The translations under genes and the position numbers were made by a program. From positions 88,103-152,102 of the IMG/VR virus record IMGVR_UViG_3300035517_000383: a stretch of 64,000 bases of DNA, one strand, 5' to 3'. Of this stretch, positions 37,460 through 49,917 are shown piece by piece (the stretch's first letter is position 1; each line of letters opens with the position of its first letter). The notes below the pieces were generated by a model, which saw nothing but the letters and a program-made list of their open reading frames with translations, did no database searches and had not been told where the DNA came from. Source of the DNA: a virus. Lineage: Duplodnaviria > Caudoviricetes.

Positions 37460-39708
37460 TCAGACCCATCAATATCTTCATATGTTGGGTCTGTGGGCAT
37501 CACCCCATCACTAGGAACTATTTCAGTACTACCACTAGCATAATTGTCGTACTTCTTAGTAGAAACATCGTACTGAGTAAGTTTCATCATTACACCATCC
37601 TCTCTACGTAATACTTTCAGATTCATAGTGAAAGTTGTTGGGTCACCTGCTGCTTCTAGTGTTAAATTAGTATCACTACTCATTTTACAAAGTGGAATCT
37701 CAAACTAAAGTCTTTGGTCTTTACCATTATCTCTCGCACGAGCATAAGTTTCTCCCACTAAACGATAGGTACCGGGATAATGAATTGCATCTACAATTAC
37801 CTAATGTCCAAGTGTTGTATATTCAGGCGCACGACTACGAGTCCATTTATAATAAACCTCATACTGTTTAATTACACGAAGATTTCCTTGAATAATTTGC
37901 CCATTCTTCCTATAATATTCATCAGTATTTGGCTCATAAGGTTTCATTGTTTTGGGGTCAATAAATACTGTTATTTCAGATTGAGCATATTCTGGCATAT
38001 AACGATAATTACCAAGACGAATATTACTATCAGTATTGATACAAAACGTCTGACTAGCCTTACATTTTTCCATTCTATCTAAATAATAAACATCTTCAAT
38101 ACCGCTGTTAATAGGATAAATTAAATCTTGTGGAGGAACATTGTTATTATTCCAGTCAGAAATAATATAGAAAGTACCAACTTTAACTCTTGTTATATAA
38201 GTGCTATTAATATTACTTAATGCTGTTGGAACAGACCAGTCAAGATTTAAATAAAAATCAATTTTTGAACCATATTGTTCGTAGAACCAACCATAACTTT
38301 GCTCTGCAACTTCTTGATTTTTTAGCTTATCATATGAAAAAATTTCTTTATCACTTGATTTATCCCAAGAGTCTGTAGATTCATTATGAACCGTCTCGTA
38401 CAACCCTTGTCTAGCAATCATAATTTCTTTATTAATATTGTCTTCTGGTACTCTAAAACGTACACTTGCATTTTCAATATAATAGCAATCTTGCTCTCCT
38501 TCTAAAGAAGTCATTTTCAAATCCGTTTTATTCCAAAGATAGCTGTAAATTCTGTCATTCGCATCAGCACAATAAATATTGTTTTCACCCAATTCTTGAT
38601 AATAACATTGTTCATCATTATCTGTTTTTGGTGCAAACTTATACGTTTTATAATCAAAATCTCCAAAAGCATCAATTATTATTTCTGCTTTTTCTGGACG
38701 TTTTTTATTTACCCATTTGTTTAGTTGAAGTTCTATTTCAGAATATTTCCAAAGAGGTTCTTCATCGTCTTCGTTTTCAAAAATCTCTTTTCCTAAAGGA
38801 CAAATTGATGAGGTACCTTCTAATTCTCCAGTTCCACTCTTCTTAAGATATTTATAAACCCCATCATTTTCAACATAACGAATAAGCTTAATTTCTCCAT
38901 CACATGGACATTCAAAAATTACATAACCTTCTTCTAAGTAACTATTGATTATATCTAAGCAAGAAATCATATCATCATTATTAATAACAGAATCTATTAA
39001 ACTATCTTTTTCATTCAAACTAAAATAAGAGTTTGAATTTTCTTCATCCTCAATTAAACTCAAAGATTGTCTTATCTTAGAAACAATAGTTGCTGTTGAT
39101 GGATGAGAAGAATCCTGTCCCAAAAGTCCATTTTGTGCGGCCTTAAGCAATTTTGTATAAGCATTCTTTACTAAATCATTATTCTTAATATATTTATTAC
39201 CATTAGTATCTATAAAAACACCAATATTATCAAAATTATAAGTCCAAAGTAAAGAATTTTCTTCTTCATCATAAATTTTCACAAAAAGAGACTCATAACC
39301 CGTAATAATATTGCTGGAAATTTCCGCTAAAGAAACAACTTCCTTCTTAAGATATAGTGTTCTTCCATATCTATCCTTTGGATATACATAAGGATTCCAA
39401 ACACCGTAAATCTTAGAATTCTTTGTGCCAAATTTTCCTCCCCACATTAAACTTTGACTTGCAGGAGTGTAAAGAGCATCTTCCAAAGTAACAGAAATTT
39501 CCTTACCGTAATCCCACATAATAAGCTCTGGATTGCCCAAGCCGCCGCGAGCAGAAGTCTGCTCGGCGGTTTGTTCAACTGTAGAGACTTTTAATGTGTC
39601 AAAGTATAACACTGGAACATATATTTCATCGTCATTTTTATCAAGTTCAATAGCATAAAGCGTTACATCTGCAACTTCTTTAATACCATATTGGTCAAAT
39701 ATGTTCAC
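37456..39708 (-). CDS. tail-tube-like paralog 3 (750 aa, 2 TAG)
   Basis: NIFDQYGIKEVADV...YPGTYRLVGETY..KDQRL*FEIP..TLEAAGDPTTF. Confidence 0.78.
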
Positions 39709-39724
39709 TTATTTTCGCCTCCTT

Positions 39725-41608
39725 TTACTCACTTAACACTTCTGTTGAGCCATCTTTGATTTCAAAGTTACCTTCATCATTCATTACCATTTTATCAGCA
39801 GTCTCATAAGTAGTAATTTCCATCATAAGTCCACTGCGCGGGCGTGCAACTTCAAGTTCAAGGTTAAAAGTTGTAGGGTCACCTGCTGCTTCTAATGTTA
39901 AACTATGTTCTGACTTAACCTTACATAATGGAAATTTAATTTGCATACGCTCATCTTCACCAGTATCTCTCGAACGAATATAAGTCTCTCCTACCATCAT
40001 ATACATACCGGGAAATTGTCCTGCTGTAACAGTAATTTTCTGAGCCTTTAACTTTTTCTTACCCTCTGCTAACGTTAATGATTTTATATAATATGGTTCA
40101 CCCTGATGGAACCAATAATCATCTGGATAAGGAGTCATTGTCTGAGGATTTACAAAAGCCCAGAGTTTATTCTTCTAGCGACTTACTTCTGAGGAAGAAA
40201 GTTCTTCTTGTTCATATTGTGTAGCCATATCTCCTGTATTAATAAGGGGATGAATTGAAATAATATCATCTTCATATTTAGTAATCAAGAAATAAATCAA
40301 TTCATTAATACTTTGGAATCTAAGCCACATATCAATACCCTTGAACTGAGAAACATCGACCGTAGGAGCTTTTTGCCAAGCAATTTTATAATTAGAAATG
40401 TAAGCCGTATAATTATCTTCATTGTCAACTTGAATCATAAGATATTGAGCATTACATAAGTAAGCCTCGTCTGAAATTAAAGTAATATCACTATCTGAAT
40501 CCCAATATAAAAGAAAATCTTCACTAGAAGAAGTATCAGTATCTGTCTGCCCCTTTCCAACAATAATATGTCGGTCTAAATGACTCAAAAGTCCCGAAGA
40601 GCCGCCCCATGGAAGTCCCCATTCTATATCTCCACTTTCAGAATGAGCAATCTTTACAGTAGAAATTTTTTCTTTATTCTCATCAAGAATAATTCCTGTC
40701 CAATAATTATCAAAAACTTCATTTGGAGGATTCCAGTCAGTAATAGAATCATCTAAATTAACTAATAAATAATAAGTTTTCTTTTCCTCAGAATCAACAA
40801 GATGCCCGTTAAGTTTAAGAATAATTTGATATTGAGACTCTTCTCCAAAATCAGTTTCATCTAAGATAATAACAGCGGGGGGTTTTTGTAAATCTCCGCT
40901 ATTCTCGTTAATTCTATAAATTACACTAAAGTAATCGTTTGTATAAGTTGGTGTTGTAACTTCTATTGGTCTATTATAGCTAATAGGATAAGACTTCCCA
41001 TTATAATCAAAGAACCTGTCTGGAATAACTGCCGCAGATTTAACAGATGATTCAATAGCCATTTTCCATTTGTAAGAATGATTTTTAACGTTTCCGAAAC
41101 CTCTTATATCTGTACCATCTACAACAGAAGATTTCATTAATACCAAATCATCCTTCTTAAACTCGTCGTCCATTCTAGGTAACAAATTACTAATAGTAGC
41201 TTTTTCCCTATTATTCTTAGGATAAAATGCTTTTTCTATTCTTGAAATTTTTTCAACAGGATTATCATTATCCCAAGTAATTCCAACATCATGTTTAATC
41301 TCAGCATCTTTCCAATCAGAACTAAGTATACCACCCCAGCACAAACCAAGAGAAGCAGGAGTACATAAAGCATCTTCAAGAGATACATTAATCTGTTTAC
41401 CATAATCCCAACAAATTAATCTACTATTACCTAAGCCACCTTCTGCCCAAACATTATCTGCCGTTTTCTCAGCCGAAGAAATCTTCAAAGTATCTAAATA
41501 CAAGGCGGGAACATAGTAAAGGTCTCCACTACCATCCTTTTTCTTATGAATACTATAAAGAGTTACATCAGCCACTTCTTTTATACCATATTGGTCAAAA
41601 AGATTCAC
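39725..41608 (-). CDS. tail-tube-like paralog 2 (627 aa, 1 TAG)
   Basis: NLFDQYGIKEVADV...FPGMY..GETY..DERMQI..TLEAAGDPTTF; joined at TAG 40175. Confidence 0.78.
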
Positions 41609-41636
41609 CTATATTCACCTCTTTTGTTCTATTAGT

Positions 41637-41680
41637 AAAATTGGCTATTGAACTATTACATTCAATAGCCAACTTTATTT
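41637..41680 (-). terminator. intrinsic terminator after major tail gene
   Basis: TTGGCTATTGAA ... TTCAATAGCCAA inverted repeat with T tract. Confidence 0.7.
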
Positions 41681-41692
41681 ATGTTAACTTAA

Positions 41693-44600
41693 TTAATATT
41701 CAGTTGCTCCGATATAAATTTCTTCATCTTCACTATCAGCACTTACCTTAAAGAGTTCAGCATCATCAAGTAGATTCAAGTTCTCAGTATCCTTAACCAT
41801 TGTAGAACCATCATTCTCTTCCTCATTTTCAACAACATTGTACTGAATGAATCTCATCATTACACCATCATCTGGACGAAGAACAGTACCATTTAAATCA
41901 AACCAATTTTCTTATACAGATTATTAATCTGTTCTCTATATTTCTATAGAAGTTGAGACTATATCTTCACATTTTTCTGTGATTGCCACTTCGAATTTAT
42001 TTAAACTCTACACCGCTACATTCATCACGGTTAGTCGTTGAACCTTAATCTAAATTCTTAGATTCTTGGTTGCTGATTGCCCAATTTTAATAATTTTCAA
42101 ACATTCACGTTTAGAATTACTTCTTACGTTGTAGTTTATTAAACTCTAAGGGTTTTCCAGCAATTAAGCAATTTTTACCGCGGCATTTGATAAAATGTTT
42201 ACCGCGGGGTCTCCATCAGCTTCAAGTGTAATTGTCTGTTCTGAGCCCACCTTGAACTGAGGAATAACAAACTGGAATCTCTCATCCTCACCAGTTTCCT
42301 TAGAACGTACAAATGTATCACCTACAATCTTGTATGTGCCGGGGAACTTATCAGCAGAGATTTCAATCATATGACCAATAGACTGACCTTCATAAGCTAC
42401 AGAACGAGTAAATTTATAGAAAATTTCTCCCTCTGCGATTGGAGTTCCGTCTGCATAAGGCTCCATTGTATTGGGGTCATAGAATACAGCCTGTGCAGTT
42501 TTATCTGCCTCAGTAGGAGTTCCGTTGCTATTGCCAGCAGGAACAATAAAGCTTCTTTTTGCAATAACTTTTTCCATTCTGTCAATTGTCTTAGCTTCCT
42601 TAACACCATTTCTAAAGTCTGCACCCTCGTAACTACCAAACATAGCACTCATTGACGCAGGAGTAAATAGAGCATCTTCAAGACTTACTGTAATTTCCTT
42701 ACCATAATCCCAACCAATAAGATTTGCGTTGCCGCGGCCACCAGTTGCATAAACTTCTTCAGCAGTCTGCTCAATAGTGGAAATCTTTAATGTATCGAGG
42801 AATAATACAGGAATATAATGATTTGTCTTTTTCTTAGTCTTATGAACCTTTAGGTTCTTAACTGTGCAAGTTGCTTCAAAAGTTTCATCATTAACTGTAA
42901 TATCTGTAGTATGAATAAGACCATTTCTTACTAAAGCTTTAGTACGAGAATCTGCAACATAGCCGTTCTCATTAATCATCCATGCAATTCTATCTACGTC
43001 TCTTGAACCATGACGATTTACAACAAAGATAAGACCCTTATTACCAATTACTACGAGAGCAAGCCACTCGGTTTTCTTAAATACCTTATCCTGATAATAG
43101 AGAGTATTACCTTTCTTATCTTCGAATGAGAATACACCATTTTCATCAGAACTTAAACGCTTATAGTTTTTATTATGAAGTAAATAGATATATGCACCTG
43201 CCGCAACATCAATTGCTCCATCTACTCTTACATAAACAGCTCTATTTGATTCGCCGCCGTTATAATTAACTCTAATATCTTGGTCAATAGCCTTTTCATT
43301 ATAAGCAATTTCATTTAATGCATCAAGTACATTATCAAGAGGATAAGTATCAGAAGGAGATGTTACTTCCAATTCTGAACCATTTGCAGTGTACTCATAT
43401 TTTGCATTATAATCAATATCTTCCTTACCATACTTAGGAATCGGATTCTGACTTACATCATTCATGCTATCAGTTACTTTGTAGCCACCGAAAATAGAAT
43501 TAACACCTGCTAATCCATTAGTTTCACTAGCGTCAAGAACTTTCTTCTTCTGTCTTAAAGCGTCAATAGCATCATTAATACTATAATGCTCATCTTTACC
43601 CCACATGGTAACTGTAGCAATTGCCTTATCAACGCCTTTATTTTTCATTGCCCATTTCATATAAGGTTCTTTAATAGTTGCTGTAGTAGCAGGATAATCC
43701 TTAACAAAAGGAACTATAGAACCAGAAGCCTTTACAAAATCGCCGCCGAGGAAATAAGGATTGAAATATCCCATTTCATCTTCTACAACTAACTCTGCAT
43801 AATCTTCATAAACAACATCATAAGCCTTAGCTTGGAATGTCTGAGTTAAATTCTTAATAGTTTCATTAATTTCAGAAATATCATAAGTATTCTCAGTAAA
43901 TTTACCATCTAATCCTACTACAACAATTTTCTCTGTTGAGTTAGGAGCGGCTGCAAAATTATCATTAAAAGTAATTTCACCAAAAATAGAATCTGCACCT
44001 GAGAACTGATAACGTACACCAGTCTTACTAATCAAATTCTGATTTTTAGCAAAAAGCATAAGAACTTGCTGAGCATAAGAATATTCATGAGTACCAACAA
44101 TTCTCTTTTCATCAGGAACAGTAGAATCGTCATTACTATAAACACCTTTTTCAGAATCTTCTTTGTTGGAAGCTGTAATACCTGTTAAAGTAATTTTTAC
44201 AGTATATGTATAAACTCTCTTAGTTGCTGGTTCAGTTTCCTCATCTGTTGCCGCATCTTCATCAACTACATCTTCCCAAGTTTCATCTAAATATTTATAA
44301 TTTGCTGTTGCAGAATCTTTATTAACGGTATAATATTCATCAAGAATTAAACTAGAAATTTCAGTTTTAGTCTTACTATTATATATAATAGGTTCATCTA
44401 AATCGTACTGTTCAATTTCATCTCCAAGCTTACTATCTTCGGGGAAAGTTAATCCCTTTTGATAGTGGTCTGTAATTCTTGTTTCAGTTTTAAAAGTACC
44501 TTCATAAACTTCTGTAAGAGCAATTTCATCATCACAGTCATAATTAGTGCCAGTAATTAAATCTGCATCTGTAAATACATAAGCCTCAAAACCATCTTCT

Positions 44601-44779
44601 GCGCCCATTCCTCTTTCTAAAGGATATACAGTTCTTAACTCAACTGCACCTTTAAGAATTGAGGCAACACTAATGGTTCTCTGAGACTCATAAGTCTCTT
44701 CTTTCTTTTCTATACGATAAAAAGTTACGTCAGCGACTTCCTTAATACCATATTTTTCAAAAAGGTTCTCTGTAGCCAT
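41693..44779 (-). CDS. probable major tail (tube) protein, 929 aa; exons 44779-42201 and 41903-41693
   Basis: NLFEKYGIKEVADV. Spliced GDPAV/FDLNGTVLRPDDGVMM matches paralog GDPTTFTMNLKVLRREDGVMM. No TAG. Confidence 0.75.
41904..42200 (-). mobile_element. ORF-less group I intron (297 nt)
   Basis: P1 CCGCGGU/GCCGCGG, AAUUGCUGGAA, CAACGACUA, AAGAUAUAGUC, terminal G. Confidence 0.85.
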
Positions 44780-44791
44780 TCTTTAACCTCC

Positions 44792-45544
44792 TTAATCATC
44801 TTTAGAGCTTTCGCCCCAGTATTTTGTTTTTAGCTTTTTCGAGTCCGCACCAGCACAAAGCATTTGAATATCCTAATCCCATTTTTCCTTTAACTGGTGT
44901 CTACGAATTAAACTATAAAAAGAATATAGTGTACATTTTGATATATCAATTCCAAAGGTTTCAGCAATTTCAAGCAAATCAACTAAAGATTGGCCGTCAC
45001 CGCCTTTCTTTTGAGCTTGTTTTCTTTTAGTTTCAGCAACTTTTTCTCTTAATAGTCTCATTTTTCTCTAGCCGGGAGACTCATCTTTTGGTGGTGCTTC
45101 CTTGACTTCTTTTCTATTCTAAATCCTTAGAATATCCTAAAGTTCTGAAAAATTTTCATTTGTAATTAATCGTTTTTCAGAGGGGCTACCAACCAAAACG
45201 GAATTGATTTTAGGAAGTACCATAACTTCTTCCTTTAAAAAAGTAGAAAAAGCAGTTTGTAATTCTAATAAAAACGTATCATCCATCGCCGCACTTTGAA
45301 TTAAATATTGTAATGGATGAATATCTTCAATTGGAATATCATCACCTGTTTTTTCTTTGATTAAATTTACTATGTCAACCTCAGTTAAAAGCAATAAACC
45401 AAGTCTTCCATTATATAAACCCGTACCCATTTCTATTATCTCTGTTAGTTTCATAGGATAAACTTTACAAATTTTTTCTAAAGGACTAGGTACACCTATA
45501 TAAGCCTATTCTTTAATTTCTTCAATTTTATTAGCTGAAAGCAT
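44792..45544 (-). CDS. hypothetical neck/tail-module protein (250 aa, 5 TAG)
   Basis: Single frame from ATG 45544 to TAA 44792 joining two track ORFs. Confidence 0.7.
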
Positions 45545-46031
45545 TGATACTAAACCTCATTACATAAGCACCCATTTCCTCAGTTAAAGTAGAAATACTA
45601 AAACCTAAGTATCTAATTTCTCCAAGACCATTTATACGTTTATCCTAAAGTGATTTTCTAATTTCAGACATAATAGCAAAAGGACGAAGCTAATCACCAG
45701 CAATAAGCCATTCTTTAAAAGGACAATAGACATTTATAAGTAAAGATATATTTTCATTGTCTAAATTTGAACTATTAACGTCTCCTCCATCGAAAAGTAT
45801 TACAATTTTTGAAGTAGTGGTCTGTTCCTCAGCTGTAAGCAGCGGCACAACACGAATTTGTTTATTCATTAATGAATAACCATCAATGACATCCTTATGC
45901 TTATCTGGATTTAAAGGGTCTAAATCAGTATTGATTAAGAGCTTTAATAAATTCTAATTATCAAGCAATTTCTTAGAAATTTTAATTAAATTTCTACCAT
46001 GCTCTTGTCCATATTTAACCGTCGAATCCAT
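45531..46031 (-). CDS. putative tail terminator/completion protein (166 aa, 3 TAG)
   Basis: INVYCPFKEW..LRPFAIMSEI..INGLG; synteny; absent from the track. Confidence 0.6.
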
Positions 46032-46036
46032 TTAAA

Positions 46037-46768
46037 TCACCTACCATTCAAGAAGAAATTATTATTCTCTCCAACAAGAATATCCTCAGAACTTTTTGGT
46101 TCAGACTCTGTTACAAGTCTTTCATTAATAGTTACATAACTAACATTATTAATACTAATATTGTCCTTGCCGCTTATTTCCCAGCCTTTATGTTTATATT
46201 CAAAATATCGACCTTTTGTAAGAAAATCAAAATCGGCTGTAATAAACTATCTATCACCTTGCGGTTCTCTATAACCAAGATTGCTCTTTGAATAGGAAAA
46301 AGTATCTATGATTAGATTAGCATGGGCATTAACAAATTTAACAGGAATAGTAAATTCTGTATCTCCATATTCATTTGTTAAATTAATCTCTTCATCTAAA
46401 CAAACAATCTTAAATAACTAATAACCTTTAGTCAAATTTTCTTCGACGAAAAGAACTAACCAAATCTTATCCTATTCTTGTTCTTTAATCTTTTGCCTTA
46501 TATGTAAAATGTCCCCTGTTTTTAATGGCGCGGCTTTTGTGGACATCAATAAATTACTTAAAAGATTGCTTTCATTCCATGCACTAGGCTGTAAAGAACA
46601 TATATCATACCGGTCTTCTTCATTCACTTGATAAAGACAACACTAATATTCTGTCTTTTTTAAAAACAATCTATCAAACTCAATTTCCTTTCGAGTTTTA
46701 ATTCTATCTTGCTATGTTTGACCATTTCTATTTATTCTTTTTAAATATACTTCATCAAAATAACTCAT
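46037..46768 (-). CDS. putative head-closure/adaptor protein (243 aa, several TAG)
   Basis: MSYFDEVYLKRINRNGQT*QDR; overlaps upstream stop (ATGA); synteny. Confidence 0.6.
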
Positions 46769-47040
46769 GGTAAATCAATCCTGTCAAAAAGATTCATACA
46801 TTCAAAAATTGTTTTACGATAATATTTAAAAGATAAATATTTGCAGGCCGCAAGTTTACTATAAAGAGTATAATATTCAATTGTTTTATTATTATCTTGA
46901 TAACCAATTAGTTCAACTAAAATAGTATCTAAAAACTTTTCCCATTCACCATCTTTTTCTCTTTCTCTTAGAAGTCCATAAAGCTTTTTCTTCATCTTAT
47001 CTCTATAAGCTTCTTGTACTAGCTCATTATTATTTACCAT
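46765..47040 (-). CDS. hypothetical protein
   Basis: Open ORF coupled to both neighbours. Confidence 0.7.
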   Translation of the reverse strand: MVNNNELVQEAYRDKMKKKLYGLLREREKDGEWEKFLDTILVELIGYQDNNKTIEYYTLYSKLAACKYLSFKYYRKTIFECMNLFDRIDLP

Positions 47041-47498
47041 GATTTTCGACTTCTCCCACCTGCAAGGCGGCCGTATTTAAAAGGCTTTTTCTTTACAGAA
47101 CGATAATAAGTTCTTTCTAAATCCTGAGCCTCCTCAATAACTTGTTCTTTAAGAGAAATAAAAGTTTTTAAAAGATTGGCTTGTGAAAAATCTTTTTCAT
47201 CATATTGTGTTTTTATATTTTCCCATGAATCAATTGTACGTTTTAACCATTCTTGCTTCATAAATGTTGAAATAACAGCGACTTCATCTGCACCCATTTT
47301 TGGGTCAGTAAATGTCTAAGTCTCTTCATCTATCTCTAGGCCGCAACGAGGAAATTTAAAATATGGTAGTGCAGATTTTAGAAAAGCATACCAGTCTTTA
47401 ATGAACCATTCTAAATCCTCCTAAGAATAGCAATGCGACCAATCATCTTCGTTTACCTTACTTAAAAAAGCATCATAAACATCTGTCAATGTTACCAT
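47034..47498 (-). CDS. putative head-tail connector (154 aa, 2 TAG)
   Basis: MVTLTDVYDAFLSKV...KDFSQANLL; synteny after capsid genes. Confidence 0.65.
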
Positions 47499-47512
47499 TT
47501 GTCATCACCCTA

Positions 47513-48049
47513 TTAGATTCGTCTACCCTCAACGGCATTTGACTGTTTATTCTTTTCCGCTCTATCTAAAGCTTCCATATCTTCTTTTCTGGAAATAGCT
47601 AACAGTATATCTCTTTTTGTTTTTTCCTTAAGATAACTGCATTTTGCAGTATCAACTATTTTCTTTTCTATTGCATAGTCAATTAAATTGTCTATCTGTG
47701 TATCTGATAATTTTTTAAGTTCAATCTTAAATACAGACAGCGGCATATTTTTCCACATATTCTCCATTTGAAGTTCTGTTAAGGAAATAATATTTGTAGG
47801 TTCAGTTGCTTCTTCTGGTTCAAGACCTAAATCCTTTTTAGTCTGTAAATCATCTATATAAAGAATTCCTTTATGAATCATATTACTAAAACCCTCAGTC
47901 CAAAGCAATTGCTCTACGACTTCAAAAGGAAGAGCTTGCGTTTGTCCTCTCTTATTCCATTTACGATTTACACCAAACTCAGGTTTCTTTACACTTACTG
48001 TCGCATTTACCATATTTTTAAGATATACCATTCTTGTTGTTTCTGCCAT
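47513..48049 (-). CDS. hypothetical head-module protein
   Basis: AGGAGG RBS, open ORF. Confidence 0.75.
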   Translation of the reverse strand: MAETTRMVYLKNMVNATVSVKKPEFGVNRKWNKRGQTQALPFEVVEQLLWTEGFSNMIHKGILYIDDLQTKKDLGLEPEEATEPTNIISLTELQMENMWKNMPLSVFKIELKKLSDTQIDNLIDYAIEKKIVDTAKCSYLKEKTKRDILLAISRKEDMEALDRAEKNKQSNAVEGRRI

Positions 48050-48070
48050 ATTTTATTCCTCCTTTTAACT

Positions 48071-48108
48071 CAAAAAATGGCAAGTGAGTAAACCTCACTC
48101 ACCATTCT
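48071..48108 (-). terminator. intrinsic terminator after major capsid gene
   Basis: ATGGTGAGTGAG-GTTTA-CTCACTTGCCAT followed by TTTTT. Confidence 0.75.
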
Positions 48109-48133
48109 TCCAATAGTTTCTATTTAATTAAAA

Positions 48134-49231
48134 TTAGTCACCAATGCCGGGATACTTAGTGTTCTCATAATCCAACTCTGTATTTACATATACACACCAG
48201 TTGTAGTTTGTAAGAACTGCAACACCAACCTTACCATAAACTTCAATTTCGAAGCTTCTGTCTCTGTGCTGCCAATCATCAATTCTCATGTCACCCTCAA
48301 ATACAATCTTAACAGGTTTTGTCTGTCCATTAGGGAAGATATAAGCAAATGCAGGGTTCATAACTGTTGTCTCATTTGTCTCATCAGTGAATGACTGAGG
48401 AATCTGAACGATAGGATTGCCACGGAAAGTCTTGATATAACCAGTATTAGCAATATCCTCAATATCTCTAGGAGAATAAACAGGAGTTGCATAACCATAA
48501 GCCTGACCAGCAGTTGTTGAATTTGGTGCATAAATAGGAAGACCAATTGCATCAGGACCCATTGCAGCAACGAATTCAGGTGTAGCAAAAATTGTTACGC
48601 CGCCGTTACCATAAGAACCTGCTACTGCGCAAAGCTGAGCCATAGCGTCTGCATCAAATCCAGCGCCAATATGCTTATTCTTAGCGGGTCTATCATCTGC
48701 ATTTACAGAAGCAATAAGAGCCTTCTGAACTTCACCAAGAATAGCTTCCTGATAACCCTCAATAAGGATTTCTGTAGACTCTGCAATATCTTCATCGCCG
48801 CTAATATATCTCTCGAAGTCAATATATGCTGTGCCGCCGATAGCCTTAGCACCAACTTCAAAGGTATTCTTATCAAGACGGAAACTCTCATAAACACCAG
48901 AAAGTGCAACCTCAGTAATAAACTGCTTAGCACGTCTACGTCCAGTATTAATTACAAACTGAGCCTTTTGTCCATTAGGAACTGTCTTAATTTCTGCAAA
49001 AGAACCCATAAAATCTTCAACCTTACGAGGTACGATTTCTGTATAAGCTTCTTGCATAATCTCAAAAAGGTCGTATTTATTTCTACGATAGCTGTCATAG
49101 TCATGAGCAATCTTATGAATCTCTTCTCTTAAAGCGCTCTTAACATCAGCACTTGAAAATTTAGAAGGGTCTGGATTTGTACCATAAAAAGAACAAAGAA
49201 CCAAATCCTTTACTGTATTCTTATCTACCAT
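48134..49231 (-). CDS. major capsid protein (probable)
   Basis: 365 aa, after scaffold and decoration genes, highly-expressed-type codon bias, followed by terminator. No TAG. Confidence 0.75.
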   Translation of the reverse strand: MVDKNTVKDLVLCSFYGTNPDPSKFSSADVKSALREEIHKIAHDYDSYRRNKYDLFEIMQEAYTEIVPRKVEDFMGSFAEIKTVPNGQKAQFVINTGRRRAKQFITEVALSGVYESFRLDKNTFEVGAKAIGGTAYIDFERYISGDEDIAESTEILIEGYQEAILGEVQKALIASVNADDRPAKNKHIGAGFDADAMAQLCAVAGSYGNGGVTIFATPEFVAAMGPDAIGLPIYAPNSTTAGQAYGYATPVYSPRDIEDIANTGYIKTFRGNPIVQIPQSFTDETNETTVMNPAFAYIFPNGQTKPVKIVFEGDMRIDDWQHRDRSFEIEVYGKVGVAVLTNYNWCVYVNTELDYENTKYPGIGD

Positions 49232-49257
49232 TATTTTCTTACCTCCTTGTCCTTAAA

Positions 49258-49917
49258 TTATTCAGCAGGCTTGTCAATAAACATAATTTTAAATGACAAG
49301 GTTGTATCTGCGTTATGATATGCTTCTGTTACGATTGCATATACGTTACCAATTGCGTCTGCGGGTTTAGCACCAATTACAAGCTTACCCTTTGAATCCT
49401 TAGTTACAACAGCATAAATAGGTTCTGCAGGCTTAGTTGCGAGAGCCTCTTTTACCTGATTGTACATCTGTACAGATTCAGGAGTAGAATCTCCAGCATC
49501 TACAGTAAATACTGTATCATCCCATGCTACTGCATTTGTACAAATTCTCATACCAGATTCAACAAAACCAATTCTAGGGAGAAATTCGCCTGCAATCATG
49601 CAGAAATTTCTGCGGCCGGGTGTAAACTGATTATAGATTTTCTCAGTTGAATAATTAACACCCATTTTATATCCAAGTTTACTCATATCCTCATTAGGAA
49701 TAGTTGCAATCTTGTTCTGCTTGTCAATCATTAAAAATGCACCATTTTCTGCATAGATTTTTTCGTCAGCAGTTTCTGTTGCTGTCATTGGATAGTGACT
49801 TGCAAACTTATCGGGGTCTAACTTGCACTGAGATTCTGACATACCAGCACGAGTAAACCATACCTGACTAGGCTCAATTTGGCCATAGCCCTTACAATCA
49901 AAAAACTTAATTGCCAT
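49258..49917 (-). CDS. putative head decoration/structural protein
   Basis: Between scaffold and capsid genes; YGQIEP..ENG motif. No TAG. Confidence 0.55.
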   Translation of the reverse strand: MAIKFFDCKGYGQIEPSQVWFTRAGMSESQCKLDPDKFASHYPMTATETADEKIYAENGAFLMIDKQNKIATIPNEDMSKLGYKMGVNYSTEKIYNQFTPGRRNFCMIAGEFLPRIGFVESGMRICTNAVAWDDTVFTVDAGDSTPESVQMYNQVKEALATKPAEPIYAVVTKDSKGKLVIGAKPADAIGNVYAIVTEAYHNADTTLSFKIMFIDKPAE

